A DNA stretch of 50,481 nucleotides, from contig JBBEBM010000004.1 in the NCBI GenBank assembly GCA_040882355.1, positions 62,001-112,481 on the forward strand, given 5' to 3'. The position numbers and the translations under genes are program-made. This DNA comes from Dehalococcoidia bacterium (lineage in GTDB: Bacteria; Chloroflexota; Dehalococcoidia; DSTF01; RBG-16-68-14). Within the stretch, counting starts at the first letter, position 1. Every line of letters starts with the position of its first letter. The notes beneath the pieces were generated by a model. That model had not been told where the DNA came from. It saw nothing but the letters and a program-made list of their open reading frames with translations, and did not search any database. This document shows, one piece after another, positions 9,400-20,432 of the stretch.

Positions 9400-10045
9400 C
9401 CCGGTCGCACACAACTCGCACTTGACGAGGCCATGGTCCGGGACGCACCAACGGCTCAGCTCGCAATCGAGGACAAGACGTTCGTCCCACCCGTCCAGAC
9501 CGAAGGCGTCTACGTGTTGTGCTCGGCTGGCGATGTGCGCCAAGCCTACTTCACGACACCGGAAGGTGCCCGCGAGGTGGACGTCGCGCTGGCCACTCGC
9601 GCGTTCCGCTGTGAGCGCGACGAGCCGTCGCGCGCCCGTCCGGCATGGCTCAACGTCGCTGTCCAGCATGCTCGCACGGAGTTCGCCGAGGCCATCGATC
9701 GGTTGCAGTCGGCGCCTGCCGTAACCCGACCAGCGGCGCAGAAGTGGGTACTGAAGCAGCTTGGCGACCTCCGTGCGGGCGACCGAGGAAGAGGCCCAGC
9801 GCCGCCAGCTGGGGGCCCTACATCGAGCGTTCAACCGACCGCTCAACCAAACCATCATTCACATGCTGCGCCGCCTTCAGCGTCAGGACATCCGCGGTCC
9901 AGACTTCATCAGCGAGCTAGACGAGATCGCGTCGGCCTACATCCTCTACGTTGAAGACGAACGACCTTCCGAGACGAGGACGGTGACACCGGCAGACATC
10001 CGGGTGGTTTGCTCTCAAGTACACCTTCCTGCCGGTATCAACTAG
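9400..10045 (+). pseudogene. Frameshifted C-terminal fragment, possibly of a restriction-associated SNF2/PLD helicase
   Basis: EGVYVLCSAGD...KWVLKQL continues after a +1 shift near 9778 into ...DIRVVCSQ; family assignment from memory only. Confidence 0.4.
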
Positions 10046-10237
10046 CCGCGTCTATCCCCACGTATTGTAGGTGCCCTTTAGTCCGGTGAGGACCCGTCGG
10101 CGAAGCGCGCCGGGCGCTCTTGCGCTACGTCGCGCGTGCTGTGTGGCGGCCCTTGGCAAGAGTGCCACCCGATATGCTTGCCCTACTAGCGCCCACCAGC
10201 GTCCTTACCGGCCCACTCCACGTGGGCTTGGTCCCAT

Positions 10238-10810
10238 GGCGCCGCCGCCGTCTCGGCTGGCGGTCTCCACATGTGCGCCCTCACGAACGCCGGAGGCGTC
10301 AAGTGCTGGGGCGCCAACAACTTCGGCCAGCTCGGCGATGGAACCATCGCGAACCGCAGCATCCCGGTGGACCTCGGCGAAAAGGGCCACCTGCCCACGC
10401 CGACGGTCACGCGCACGCCCACGGTCACTCGTACCCCGACGCGGACGAGCACCAGGACGCCCACGCCTACGCGCACCCCCACGCCTACTCGCACGCCGAC
10501 GCCCACGCCTACCGTGCTCGGCGGCGGAACCCAGCGCCTTGAGGGCACGACGTCTCAAGGTCAGCCCATCTATCTGGACGTCGCCTTGGACGGCACCCGC
10601 GTCTTCCTCTTCCATTTCCGCTGGACCTGCGACACCAGCACGGTCCAGGGCGACTTCACCGGCCAGTACCCGGTCACCGCAGGCGCCTTCGAGCGTCACC
10701 TGTCCGGCGCCTTCGACACCGACATCCAGGGCACGATCGGGCCGGGCAAGACCGCGCAAGGGACCGTACGCAATCACGAGGAGGCCCACGACCACTACGA
10801 GCCAGCGTAG
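10238..10810 (+). pseudogene. Fragment of RCC1-repeat surface protein with Pro/Thr linker
   Basis: [33 protein letters not shown] is one RCC1 repeat; no signal peptide or further repeats. Confidence 0.75.
10394..10513 (+). repeat. Coding tandem repeat (TPTxTR linker)
   Basis: Degenerate 18-bp units such as CCCACGCCTACGCGCACC. Confidence 0.8.
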
Positions 10811-10940
10811 CCAACGCGGCCCAAACCCGGCCTGAACTAGCCCGAGGGCCGCTGCTTCAAGGCCGAGGCCGACAAGGGTGAGCCTGATCTGCGTGTCTTC
10901 GTTCATGCCGCGCCGCTCAAATGTTACATCACTTTGCCTT

Positions 10941-11102
10941 CAGATCATGGACTGGCTGAACCCCGTGGCCGTGCGGCTGGCCGGCGCGAACATCAACCGG
11001 CGCATGGTGGAGAGCGTGCAGCTCGCCGGGTTCGACAACGTCGAAGTCAGCAGCCACTTGCTCAACATTGTGAAGTCGATCGACGCGCGAAAGGCTGGCT
11101 GA
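10941..11102 (+). pseudogene. C-terminal fragment of class I SAM methyltransferase
   Basis: MDWLNPVAVRLAGANINRR...AGF...IDARK; SAM-binding part absent. Confidence 0.65.
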
Positions 11103-11159
11103 GAGGGTGGAACGCGCCACGCGGATGGGCTGGCGTGATAGAATCGGCTACGACCTGAT

Positions 11160-11444
11160 GTGGTCGAATCAAGCCGCGCAGTCGACGAGGAAGGGAGAAG
11201 GCGCTTGGCGCGAACGGCAATCGCCCCGAGGGGGCCCAGGGCACGCTGTCGCGCGACCTTTGGCGTTGGATCGACGAACGGCTGGGACTCGAGTCGCTCA
11301 GCTATCCCGTCCCGTCCGGCCGAGGTCGTCGGGCTCGCCATGTTCGTCGCGGCGCTCGCGGGCGTCGCCGTCGCGCTGCTGTGGCTGAGTGTGGCCCGGC
11401 CGCGCAGGCCGGCCCCACGAACGAAAGAGGAGACGCCGTCATGA
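11160..11444 (+). CDS. Small hypothetical membrane protein (start uncertain)
   Basis: One TM segment; stop overlaps next ATG (ATGA). Confidence 0.35.
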   Translation: MVESSRAVDEEGRRRLARTAIAPRGPRARCRATFGVGSTNGWDSSRSAIPSRPAEVVGLAMFVAALAGVAVALLWLSVARPRRPAPRTKEETPS

Positions 11445-11551
11445 GCGGGGATCAGATCGCGCGCGTCATGGACAAAATGCCGTACGGGCTCTACGTCGTC
11501 GGTTCTACGATGAACGGCGAAGTAAACGGTATGATGGCCGTTCGTACCTAG
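11441..11551 (+). pseudogene. Flavin reductase N-terminal fragment (36 aa)
   Basis: Own translation MSGDQIARVMDKMPYGLYVVGSTMNGEVNGMMAVRT*, GAGGAG RBS. Confidence 0.75.
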
Positions 11552-11809
11552 GGCCGATCACACGCTTTTCGTGGCTCGCGTACTGAAGGCTATGCTCGTG
11601 CGGGGACGCGCAGCCGCTGCCGTCGTCCTACACCGGCCGGAACTACAGCGGGCAGAATCCTCTGGGGACGGCTGCTGCCTGCGGCCATGTCCCGACCCCG
11701 GTGCCTGAACGAAGCATCGGAGGACTGATCGTCGATTCGAATGAAGAGGTTGGGACGGCTGAAGCCACAATGAGCCGCGTCATGCCGCTGGTGTCCATGA
11801 TGCGGGCCG

Positions 11810-11963
11810 GCCATTCCCGTCCGCTGCGGGCGTGCTCTATCCCTCCCTGAATCTGGAGTTGCGGCCGGAGTGGGCCGCACTGCTCATGGCGTTTAGTTCC
11901 TTCGTCGTGGCCACGAACGCCGTGCTGCTGAAACGGGTGGAGCGAGATCTCCAGGAGGGCTAG
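11810..11963 (+). pseudogene. C-terminal fragment of P1B heavy-metal (CopA-like) ATPase
   Basis: Own translation AIPV/AAGVLYPSLNLELRPEWAALLMAFSSFVVATNAVLLKR with MxxSS motif. Confidence 0.8.
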
Positions 11964-11972
11964 GGATCAGGT

Positions 11973-12524
11973 ATGCAGGACCGCTCGGCTGAGAGCGAGC
12001 CAGAGGAACCGGCAGGCCAGCAGCCTGTCGCTATGCCCTGTGCCTGTCCGTCCGAGGCGGGCGCCGCCACATGTGAGTTGCGAGCCACCTCGGGGCCTGC
12101 CGCCTGCGCCTTGTGCGGCGAGGGAGGGAAACCCGTAGATACGCTCACGGTCAAGGCGCTGCTCGCAGTCGCGCTCACTCAGCTTCGCAGTACAGACTAC
12201 CGATTCTGCCGGACGCAGGCCTGCCCGGTTGTCTATTTCAGCGCTGACGGTGACCAGCGGTTCGTGGAGGATGAGGTCCGCGAGGTGGTCTACCAAAAGC
12301 GCCCCAATGATGAGGATGTATTCGTCTGTTACTGTTTCCGGCACACGGCAGGCAGCATGCGGAGAGACCTTCGCGACAAGGGCACGACCGGTATCATCGA
12401 AGCTATCAGCACCGGGATCCGACTCGGACAGTGCGCTTGCGATATCCGCAACCCTCAGGGGAGCTGCTGTCTCGGGAATGTCCGTGCGCTGGTGCAGCGT
12501 CTCGAAACAGGCGGCAGGGCCTAG
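11973..12524 (+). CDS. CopZ-N-like Zn/(2Fe-2S)-binding protein
   Basis: YRFCRTQACPVVYF, VCYCF, CACDIRNPQGSCCLGNV. Confidence 0.85.
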   Translation: MQDRSAESEPEEPAGQQPVAMPCACPSEAGAATCELRATSGPAACALCGEGGKPVDTLTVKALLAVALTQLRSTDYRFCRTQACPVVYFSADGDQRFVEDEVREVVYQKRPNDEDVFVCYCFRHTAGSMRRDLRDKGTTGIIEAISTGIRLGQCACDIRNPQGSCCLGNVRALVQRLETGGRA

Positions 12525-12545
12525 GGGGCCCACCAGAGTAATGCT

Positions 12546-13745
12546 GTGAGGATTCTTACGCTCAATTGCGGCAGCTCCACCCTCAAGTTCCGTTTGTTTC
12601 AATCGACGGGTGAACGTGGCGCGGCTGATCTGCGACCTGAAGCCGACGGGATCGTGGATCGCATCGGGGGTCGGTCGTTCACGGACTTCACCTTGGGCGG
12701 CGAGCGGCTGCGCCAGGAGCACGATGTCGCCGACCACGCGGAGGCAACACGCCTCATCCTCGATTGGCTGGCCAGCATCTATGGCCCCGAAGCGATCGAC
12801 GCTGTCGGCTACCGCATCGTCCACGGAGGGGCATCGTTCGTCGAGCCGACGCTGGTCGACGACGATGTGCTGGCAGGCATCGAGTCGCTGAGCGAGCTGG
12901 CGCCTCTGCACAACGCGCCAGCACTTGCTGCGATTCGCGAGGCCCGCGTTGTCCTCGGCGAATCCGTGCCCATGGTGGCCGTCTTCGACACGGCATTCCA
13001 TCGCAGCATGCCGGAACGCGCCGCGCGGTACGCGATCCCCACTGACCTTGCGGACAGGCACCGCGTCTATCGCTACGGGTTCCACGGGCTCGCCCATCGT
13101 TACATGACCGAACGGTACGCCGTGATCACAGGAGCAGCGCTGGAGCGGACAAAACTGGTCACGCTCCAACTCGGCAACGGTTGCTCGGCCGCAGCCGTGG
13201 ACGGCGGGCGTTCCATCGACACGTCCATGGGGTTCACCCCGCTCGAAGGCCTCGTGATGGGCACCCGCTCCGGCGACATTGACCCGTCCGTCGTGAGCTA
13301 TCTGGCGGGCCGCGAAGGAGTCGAGCCGCGCGAAGTGGAGCGGTGGCTCAACGCGCAGTCCGGCCTGCTAGGCGTATCGGGACGCTCCGCGGACATGCGC
13401 GATCTCCTCGAGGCGAAGGCCCGCGGAGACGATCGGGCCGCGCGGGCCGTGGAGCTGTTCTGCTATCGTGCGCGCAAGTACATCGGGGCCTACCTGGCGG
13501 CGCTCGGCGGCGCGGACGCGGTCGTCTTCGGCGGCGGCATCGGCGAGAACGCGCCAGCGGTCCGAGCGCGCATCTGCGCCGGCATGGAGTGGTGTGGCCT
13601 GCGGCTACACGCGGACCAGAACGACGCGACTGTCGCCTCCGAGGGGCGGATTAGCGCCGAAGACTCAGAGGTTGCGGTCTACGTGCTGCCCGTGGATGAG
13701 GAGCTGATCATCGCGCGCGACACCGCGCGCTGTGTCGGGAAGTGA
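12546..13745 (+). CDS. ackA: Acetate kinase
   Basis: LNCGSSTLK, APLHN, FDTAFH, YGFHGLAH, DTSMGFTPLEG, GGIGEN. Confidence 0.95.
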   Translation: MRILTLNCGSSTLKFRLFQSTGERGAADLRPEADGIVDRIGGRSFTDFTLGGERLRQEHDVADHAEATRLILDWLASIYGPEAIDAVGYRIVHGGASFVEPTLVDDDVLAGIESLSELAPLHNAPALAAIREARVVLGESVPMVAVFDTAFHRSMPERAARYAIPTDLADRHRVYRYGFHGLAHRYMTERYAVITGAALERTKLVTLQLGNGCSAAAVDGGRSIDTSMGFTPLEGLVMGTRSGDIDPSVVSYLAGREGVEPREVERWLNAQSGLLGVSGRSADMRDLLEAKARGDDRAARAVELFCYRARKYIGAYLAALGGADAVVFGGGIGENAPAVRARICAGMEWCGLRLHADQNDATVASEGRISAEDSEVAVYVLPVDEELIIARDTARCVGK

Positions 13746-13799
13746 TGGCGATGAACTTCCCACACGGGTGCTCGCCGGAGAGCGGGAAGGAGGCAGGTC

Positions 13800-14885
13800 A
13801 TGGCTAGCGCGATTGAGAAGGTTCACGTGGCAGGTCAGAGCACGTGGCTGGACTACATTTCGAGGAGCCTCATCGCCTCAGGCCGTCTGGCGCGCATGGT
13901 CGAAGACGGCTGGATCACGGGCTTGACCTCCAACCCCACGATCTTCCACCGGGCGATAGCGGACTCGGCGGACTACCAAGACTCGCTCAGGCGCCTGTCA
14001 TCGCAGACTTCGCTCTACGAGGCCTACCTTGCCATAGCGGGCGAGGACATCCGGGCTGCCGCCGATGTGCTGCGGCCGGTCTATGACCGCACCCAGGGTG
14101 AGGACGGTTACGTTTCCTTCGAAGCGCAGGCGGGGATAACCGACGAGATGATCTCGGAAGCGCGGAGGATGTTCCGCTCTGTTGACCGACCGAACGTCAT
14201 GATCAAGATTCCCGGTGTGCCCGACGGCATCGAAGCGGTCAGCACCCTCATCGAAGAGGGGATCAGTGTCAACATCACGCTTCTTTTCGACGTCGAGGTC
14301 TACGAGCGGTTCGTCGAGGCGTACCTAAGCGGCCTCGAGCGCCGGTTCGCTTCCCACCAACCCCTCGACCGCGTGGCGAGCGTTGCCTCCTTCTTCGTCT
14401 CGCGTGTTGATACGAAGATCGATTCAAGGCTGCCCGAGGACTCGACCCTGAGAGGCAAGGTCGGCATCGCCAACTCGCGGCGGGCGTATGAGCAGTTTCT
14501 GCGGGTCTTCAGCGGGCCGCGCTGGGAACGGTTGTCGGCCAGCGGCGCGCGCCTCCAACGACCGCTCTGGGGTTCGACGAGCACGAAGAACCCCGTCTAT
14601 CGGGACGTCATGTATGTGGAGGAGCTCGTCGCGCCTCATACCGTGAACACGATGCCGGAAGAGACGCTGCTGGCATTCCTTGACCACGGCGAATTCGGAT
14701 CGACCATTCCGGAGCGCTTCGACGAAGCAAACAGAGTGCTGCAGGCCGCGGCCGCAGCGGGGATCGACCTTCACGCGGTCGGCAGGGAGCTTACGGAGGA
14801 GGGGGTCGCGGCCTTCGACGGCGACTTTCAGAAGCTCCTTGAGGCGCTCGGGGCCGCTCTTGAGACGCTCGCGTCAGCCAGGTGA
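13800..14885 (+). CDS. tal: Transaldolase
   Basis: GLTSNPTIF, NVMIKIPG, VNITLLF, ASFFVSRVD. Confidence 0.93.
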   Translation: MASAIEKVHVAGQSTWLDYISRSLIASGRLARMVEDGWITGLTSNPTIFHRAIADSADYQDSLRRLSSQTSLYEAYLAIAGEDIRAAADVLRPVYDRTQGEDGYVSFEAQAGITDEMISEARRMFRSVDRPNVMIKIPGVPDGIEAVSTLIEEGISVNITLLFDVEVYERFVEAYLSGLERRFASHQPLDRVASVASFFVSRVDTKIDSRLPEDSTLRGKVGIANSRRAYEQFLRVFSGPRWERLSASGARLQRPLWGSTSTKNPVYRDVMYVEELVAPHTVNTMPEETLLAFLDHGEFGSTIPERFDEANRVLQAAAAAGIDLHAVGRELTEEGVAAFDGDFQKLLEALGAALETLASAR

Positions 14886-14892
14886 AGGCGCG

Positions 14893-15909
14893 ATGCTTCT
14901 AGCGGGCGATATCGGTGGCACAAAGACGATCCTCGCCATGTACTCGCGCGAGGCGGGCCCGCGCGCCCCGCTCGTCCAGGCGGAGTTCGCCAGCAGCGAC
15001 TTCCCGAGTCTTGAAGCGATGGTGCAGCAGTTTCTGGCAACGACGAGTTTGGAGGTCGACGCAACCTGCTTCGATGTTGCGGGGCCGGTTGTGGATGGCC
15101 GCGCCGAGCTGACCAATCTGCCCTGGACCGTCGATTCGGCCAGGCTGAGCCGGGACCTGCGACTTAAGCAGGTTCACGTCATGAACGACCTGGAGGCGAC
15201 GGCTAAAGCCGTGCCCAGTCTGCGGCAGGAGGACCTCTGCACACTCGCGCCTGGCGAACCGGTCGCCGGAGGTGCGATAGCCGTTATCGCGCCGGGCACC
15301 GGCCTCGGCGAGGCCTTTCTCACCTGGGACGGGCTGCGCTACCGAGCTCATCCTTCGGAGGGCGGCCACGCCGACTTCGCTCCCACCAATGACGGCCAGG
15401 TCAGGCTGCTCGCGTACCTGCGGGAGCGCGTCGATCATGTCAGCTTCGAGCTTGTCGCTTCCGGCATCGGTATCCCGAGCATTTATGACTTCCTGCGGGA
15501 CAGCGGCCACGCGCGTGAATCGCCGGAACTCGCCGAGCGGCTCGGCGGCGTGGCGGACAGGGCGCATCTCATCATCGACGCTGTGCTGGCGACCTCTCCC
15601 GATCCCCTGTCCACCGCGGCGCTTGACATGTTCGTTTCAATTCTCGGTAGCGAGGCTGGGAACCTGGCACTCAAGTTGTTCGCCACCGGCGGCGTGTATC
15701 TCGCTGGCGGCATTCCCCGGGCCATCCTGCCGCTGCTCAAGCGCGGCCAATTCGTGAAGGCCTTTCAACGCAAGGGGCGCTTGAGCGATCTCCTCTCTCG
15801 CGTGCCGGTGCATGTCATTGTCTGTCCGGCAGCGCTGATCGGCGCCGCGATTCACGTTCTTGAAATGTCTGCCCTGTCGAGGCAACGCCTGGAGGCGAAA
15901 CATGAGTGA
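14893..15909 (+). CDS. glk: Glucokinase
   Basis: [27 protein letters not shown]. Confidence 0.95.
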   Translation: MLLAGDIGGTKTILAMYSREAGPRAPLVQAEFASSDFPSLEAMVQQFLATTSLEVDATCFDVAGPVVDGRAELTNLPWTVDSARLSRDLRLKQVHVMNDLEATAKAVPSLRQEDLCTLAPGEPVAGGAIAVIAPGTGLGEAFLTWDGLRYRAHPSEGGHADFAPTNDGQVRLLAYLRERVDHVSFELVASGIGIPSIYDFLRDSGHARESPELAERLGGVADRAHLIIDAVLATSPDPLSTAALDMFVSILGSEAGNLALKLFATGGVYLAGGIPRAILPLLKRGQFVKAFQRKGRLSDLLSRVPVHVIVCPAALIGAAIHVLEMSALSRQRLEAKHE

Positions 15910-15940
15910 TGGCACTAAGCAAGAAATAGGAGCCGCTCAC

Positions 15941-18295
15941 ATGTCGTCGGGCCCGTCGCCTGAAGAGATACATCTGATCGACGCGTGGTGGCGTGCCGCA
16001 AACTACCTTTCCGTCGGGCAGATCTATCTCCTGGACAATCCGTTGTTGCAGGAGCCGCTCCGGCTCGATCACATCAAGCCGCGACTGCTCGGCCACTGGG
16101 GCACGACGCCCGGCCTCAACTTCATCTACGTCCACCTCAACCGCGTCATCAAGGAGCGCGACCGCAACGCGATGTACGTCATCGGCCCGGGCCACGGCGC
16201 GCCCGGGATCGTCGCGAACGCCTTCCTCGAGGGCACGTACTCGGAGGTCTATCCGCACATCACGCAGAACATCGACGGGCTACGCGCGCTCTTCCGCCAG
16301 TTCTCCTTCCCCGGCGGCATCCCGAGCCACGTCGCGGCGGAAACGCCTGGCTCGATCCATGAGGGGGGCGAGCTCGGCTATGCCCTCGCGCACGCCTACG
16401 GCGCGGCCTTCGACAATCCCGACCTTATTGTGTTCTGCGTCGTCGGCGACGGCGAGGCGGAGACCGGCCCGCTCGCCGCGAGTTGGCACTCGAACAAGTT
16501 CCTCAACCCGGCGCGTGACGGGGCCGTCGTCCCCATCCTCCACCTCAACGGCTACAAGATCGCCAATCCCACCGTGCTCGCGCGCATCCCTGAAGCTGAG
16601 CTGCGCAGCCTCCTCGAGGGCTTCGGCCACAGCCCGTACTTCGTCGAGGGCGACGAGCCGCCGGCGATGCACGAGCGCATGGCCGGCGTCCTCGACCAGG
16701 TCGCGGACGACATCGAGCGCATCAAGCGTGAGGCGCGCGAGGGCCACCAGCCGGAACGACCCCGCTGGCCGATGATCGTGCTGCGAACCCCAAAGGGCTG
16801 GACGGGGCCGAAAGAGGTAGACGGCCTGCCGGCAGAGGGGACGTTCCGTTCTCATCAGGTGCCGCTCACGGGTTTCGCTGAGCACCCGGAGCACGTCCAG
16901 GTGCTTGAGGACTGGCTGCGGAGCTACCGGCCTGAAGAGCTCTTCACGCCTGAAGGCTCTCTACGCCCGGAGATCGCCGCTCTGGCGCCGGAGGGCGAAC
17001 GGCGCATGAGCGCCAACCGCCACGCGAACGGCGGAGCGCTGCTCCGTGACCTCGCGCTGCCCGATTTCCGCGAGTACGCCGTCGATGTCGCCAAGCCGGC
17101 TACAACGTTCAGCGAAGCCACGCGCGTCCTTGGCAGCTATCTGCGCGACGTGGTGAAGATGAACGCTGACAACTTCCGCATCATGGGGCCGGACGAGACG
17201 GTCTCCAACCGGCTTGCCGCCGTGCTGGAGGCGACCGACCGCGTCTGGATGGCGGAGCGCGAGCCTACTGACGATCACCTCGCGCCCGAGGGCCGCGTCA
17301 TGGAGGTGCTCAGCGAGCACCTCTGCGAGGGCTGGCTCGAAGGCTATCTCCTCACCGGCCGGCACGGCCTGTTCAACTGCTACGAGGCGTTCATCCACAT
17401 CATCGATTCCATGTTCAACCAGCACGCCAAGTGGCTGAAGGTGTCGAACGGGATACCCTGGCGCCGCCCCATCGCGTCCCTGAACTACCTTCTCAGCTCG
17501 CACGTCTGGCGGCAGGACCAGAACGGCTTCTCCCACCAGGATCCGGGCTTCATCGACCACGTCGTCAACAAGAAGGCGGACGTGATCCGCGTCTACCTGC
17601 CGCCGGACACGAACACTCTGCTCTCCGTGTTCGACCACTGCCTGCGAAGCCGGCAACACGTGAACGTCGTTGTGGCGGGCAAACAGCCTTCGCTCAACTA
17701 CCTTTCGATGGAGGAGGCGGTCGACCACTGCTCGCGCGGCGCCGGCATCTGGGAGTGGGCGAGTAACGACGAAGGCGCCGAACCCGATGTCGTCATGGCC
17801 TGCGCCGGCGACATCCCAACGATGGAGACGGTCGCCGCCGTTGCGCTGTTGCGCGAGCACCTGCCGGATCTTCGCATGCGGGTCGCGAACGTCGTTGACC
17901 TGATGGCGCTGCAGCCGCCGAGCGAGCATCCCAACGGCCTGACCGATGCGGAATTCGACGCGATCTTCACAAAGGACCGGCCCATTCTGTTCGCCTACCA
18001 CGGGTATCCCTGGCTCATCCACCGGCTGACGTACCGCCGCACCAATCATGACAACCTGCACGTGCGGGGCTACAAGGAGGAGGGCACCACCACAACGCCG
18101 TTTGACATGGTGATGATGAACGACCTCGATCGTTACCACCTCGTGATGGACGTGATCGACCGCGTGCCGGGCGTCGGGCCGCGGGCGGCGCACGTGCGAC
18201 AGCTCATGGTGGACGCGCGGCTGCGGGCACGCCAGTACACCCGCGAGCACGGCGAAGACATGCCGGAAGTCCGCGAGTGGACCTGGCCATTTTGA
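15941..18295 (+). CDS. xfp: Phosphoketolase
   Basis: [37 protein letters not shown]. Alternative start 15902. Confidence 0.96.
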   Translation: MSSGPSPEEIHLIDAWWRAANYLSVGQIYLLDNPLLQEPLRLDHIKPRLLGHWGTTPGLNFIYVHLNRVIKERDRNAMYVIGPGHGAPGIVANAFLEGTYSEVYPHITQNIDGLRALFRQFSFPGGIPSHVAAETPGSIHEGGELGYALAHAYGAAFDNPDLIVFCVVGDGEAETGPLAASWHSNKFLNPARDGAVVPILHLNGYKIANPTVLARIPEAELRSLLEGFGHSPYFVEGDEPPAMHERMAGVLDQVADDIERIKREAREGHQPERPRWPMIVLRTPKGWTGPKEVDGLPAEGTFRSHQVPLTGFAEHPEHVQVLEDWLRSYRPEELFTPEGSLRPEIAALAPEGERRMSANRHANGGALLRDLALPDFREYAVDVAKPATTFSEATRVLGSYLRDVVKMNADNFRIMGPDETVSNRLAAVLEATDRVWMAEREPTDDHLAPEGRVMEVLSEHLCEGWLEGYLLTGRHGLFNCYEAFIHIIDSMFNQHAKWLKVSNGIPWRRPIASLNYLLSSHVWRQDQNGFSHQDPGFIDHVVNKKADVIRVYLPPDTNTLLSVFDHCLRSRQHVNVVVAGKQPSLNYLSMEEAVDHCSRGAGIWEWASNDEGAEPDVVMACAGDIPTMETVAAVALLREHLPDLRMRVANVVDLMALQPPSEHPNGLTDAEFDAIFTKDRPILFAYHGYPWLIHRLTYRRTNHDNLHVRGYKEEGTTTTPFDMVMMNDLDRYHLVMDVIDRVPGVGPRAAHVRQLMVDARLRARQYTREHGEDMPEVREWTWPF

Positions 18296-18349
18296 CCGCG
18301 CTTCCGCGAATGAGTGCCCGCTACCAGGTGAGAGACAAGGAGGCCCGAG

Positions 18350-18968
18350 ATGCTGCAGCTCGTAGACGTTGCTGCGAAGCCCCTCGACCGCTACGAGGCG
18401 ATCATCGGCTCGGAGAAGCTCGCGGAATTGAAGGAGTTAGGGGCACCGCATCGGAGGAAGCGCGTGGCGCACATCAACGCCACGGTGTACGGCGGCGGCG
18501 TGTCGGAGCTGCTACGCTCGCTCGTGCCGCTCTACCGGGCACTAGGCATCGAGGCCGACTGGCTGGTGATCCCGGGGAGTCCTGAGTTCTTCGAGGTGAC
18601 GAAGGGGATTCACAACGCGCTACAGGGCGCCCCTTTCGATCTCACGGAGCAGGTCAAGGAAGTCTACCTAGCCCAGAATCGGCAGATTGGCGGTCTGTTG
18701 GACCGCGAGTACGACTTTATCGTCGTGCACGATCCGCAGCCCGCCCCTCTCCGCGTGCTTCACGGGCGGAACATTGCTCGCTGGGTCTGGCGCTGCCATA
18801 TCGACACGTCTCACCCCAACGCGGAAGTACTCTTGTTCCTCAAGCCGTACCTTGGAGCTTACGACGCACTGGTCTTCACCATGCAAGAGTTTGTGCCGGC
18901 CGACTTGTCGGAGCGGCCCGTCGCCATCGTCCCGCCCGCCATCGATCCGCTCAGCCCCAAGAACATGG
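18350..18968 (+). pseudogene. treT: Trehalose synthase TreT-like GT4, truncated
   Basis: HINATVYGGGVSE, TKGIHNALQG, HDPQP, WRCHID, PAIDPLSPKN; C-terminal domain replaced by unrelated sequence. Confidence 0.85.
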
Positions 18969-19006
18969 TGGCGCCGATGGAGATGGACGCGGGAACCGGA
19001 GCCGGC

Positions 19007-19147
19007 TCACTCGCCGTCCACGATCACCCGCACCTCCACGTGCTCCAGCACCCGCACCGTCTGGCGCCCGCAGGCCGAGCAGGGCGGCGCCGGGCGCTTC
19101 GGGCCCTCGGTGAGCCGGCAGCAGAACACGCAGCGGTACGTCGCCAC
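19007..19147 (-). CDS. Small zinc-ribbon protein
   Basis: YRCVFC...PPCSACG; directly follows upstream stop. Confidence 0.45.
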   Translation of the reverse strand: MATYRCVFCCRLTEGPKRPAPPCSACGRQTVRVLEHVEVRVIVDGE

Positions 19148-19149
19148 GA

Positions 19150-19712
19150 CTACTGCGCTCGCTCGTAGAGGGCCGGCACCACCTCCAGCGTCTCCTCGTC
19201 GGGCTCGGGCAGCTCGAACGGCCCCAGGTACCACTGCGCCGTCTCGTGCGCGTCCTCCAGCTCCTGGCGCAGGTGGTCGATCATGTGGCGCACGTCGGGC
19301 AGGCACGGGTCCTCGCCGTCGAACGCCCCCTGCGCCTCGGCGATCATCATCTCGATGGCCCGCTGCTCCCGCCAGCGCTTCTCGATCCCGTCGCGCAGGG
19401 CGCCCTTGTTCGCCTCGGCGGCGTCGTCCACCTGGCCGCGCGGGAGCAGCGCGAGTTGCGGCCGCAGCTCCTCAGGCCAGTAGGTCTCGTGGAACACGCC
19501 ACCGATGCTCGGCGCCCGGTCCAACGCCTCCCAGGCGTGCTGGCGCAGCCGGCGCCGCACCGCGACGTCCTCGGCCTGGTCGTCGGGCACCACCTCGAAC
19601 TCCAGCCCCCGGTCGGGCAAGGCGGGCGTCTCCTTGCCCTGCCAGTCGCAGAACGAGCCGTTGTTGACCTTCAGGCGCCGGCCCTTCCCCTTCCCCTTCC
19701 CTTGGAGCGTGC
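19150..19712 (-). pseudogene. Hypothetical protein, 5'-truncated
   Basis: Protein-like acidic ORF with GC-rich third positions; no convincing start. Confidence 0.5.
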
Positions 19713-19736
19713 CTCGCCGAGTCGGCACTGTGGGCG

Positions 19737-20021
19737 ATGGCGACCCAGCAGCTGCGCGACTACATCGCGACGGAGACGAAGGAGCCGATCACCGAGAGCG
19801 AGTACCGCCGCAAGGTCGAGGCGGCGCGGGCGGCGTTCGTGCCGGTGGCGGAGCTGGCCGACGCGCTCGCCTACGACCACGAGGGCTGGCGCGAGGAGGA
19901 CGCTGAGGGCAAGCACGCCGACGGGACGCTGATTATCGAGGACGAGGCGTGGGAGCGCGTCTGCCGAGAGAAGGAGCGCGAACTGGCCAGGCTTGTCGCC
20001 GACGAGGCGGGCCTCCGCTAG
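19737..20021 (+). CDS. Hypothetical fragment (possibly inverted piece of neighbour)
   Basis: Acidic helical ORF, opposite orientation to both neighbours. Confidence 0.45.
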   Translation: MATQQLRDYIATETKEPITESEYRRKVEAARAAFVPVAELADALAYDHEGWREEDAEGKHADGTLIIEDEAWERVCREKERELARLVADEAGLR

Positions 20022-20255
20022 CGAGAGGTCGACGTAGACGACGGGCACGCTCTTGTGGCCCAGCCGCCGCGCGGCGAGCAGCCGCTGGTGGCCGCCGATC
20101 ACTATTTCCGTCATGTCGTCGGGCGATGATCGGGTCGATCAGCCCGAACTGCTGGACGCTCCTGGTCAGCGCCTCCAGCTCCTGGTCTGAGATCCGGCGC
20201 GGGTTGGCTGGGTCCGGCTTGAGCGTGTCGGGCGGGACGTGCTCGAGCTGGAGCG
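20020..20255 (-). pseudogene. ParB-N domain fragment (phage ParB-methylase type), frameshifted
   Basis: LKPDPANPRRIS...FGLIDPII / VIGGHQRLLAARRLG..VPVVYVDL. Confidence 0.8.
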
Positions 20256-20432
20256 GCGCCGGCGGGGCGACGCTATGGCCTGATGGTGCGGGCTCGCCCA
20301 AAGACAAAGGCCCTCCTTCACAGAGGGCCACGCTGGGCACGAGGTCCGCGCTAGGCGGAGGGCACGAGGGCCACGAGCTACAATGTTACTGTACCGTAGT
20401 TGGCTGAGCGCTCCAATGCCACATTCGCAAGG

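Noticed and set aside
8569..9858. Intact 429 aa gene
   Set aside because: First ~155 aa are antisense to the plus-strand fragment.
10394..10513. Repeat array as possible CRISPR
   Set aside because: No spacers, codes a Pro/Thr linker, no cas genes.
14680..14892. Extended N-termini of glk and of the 750 aa ORF at 48062-50314
   Set aside because: Extensions overlap upstream genes; downstream ATGs fit family starts.
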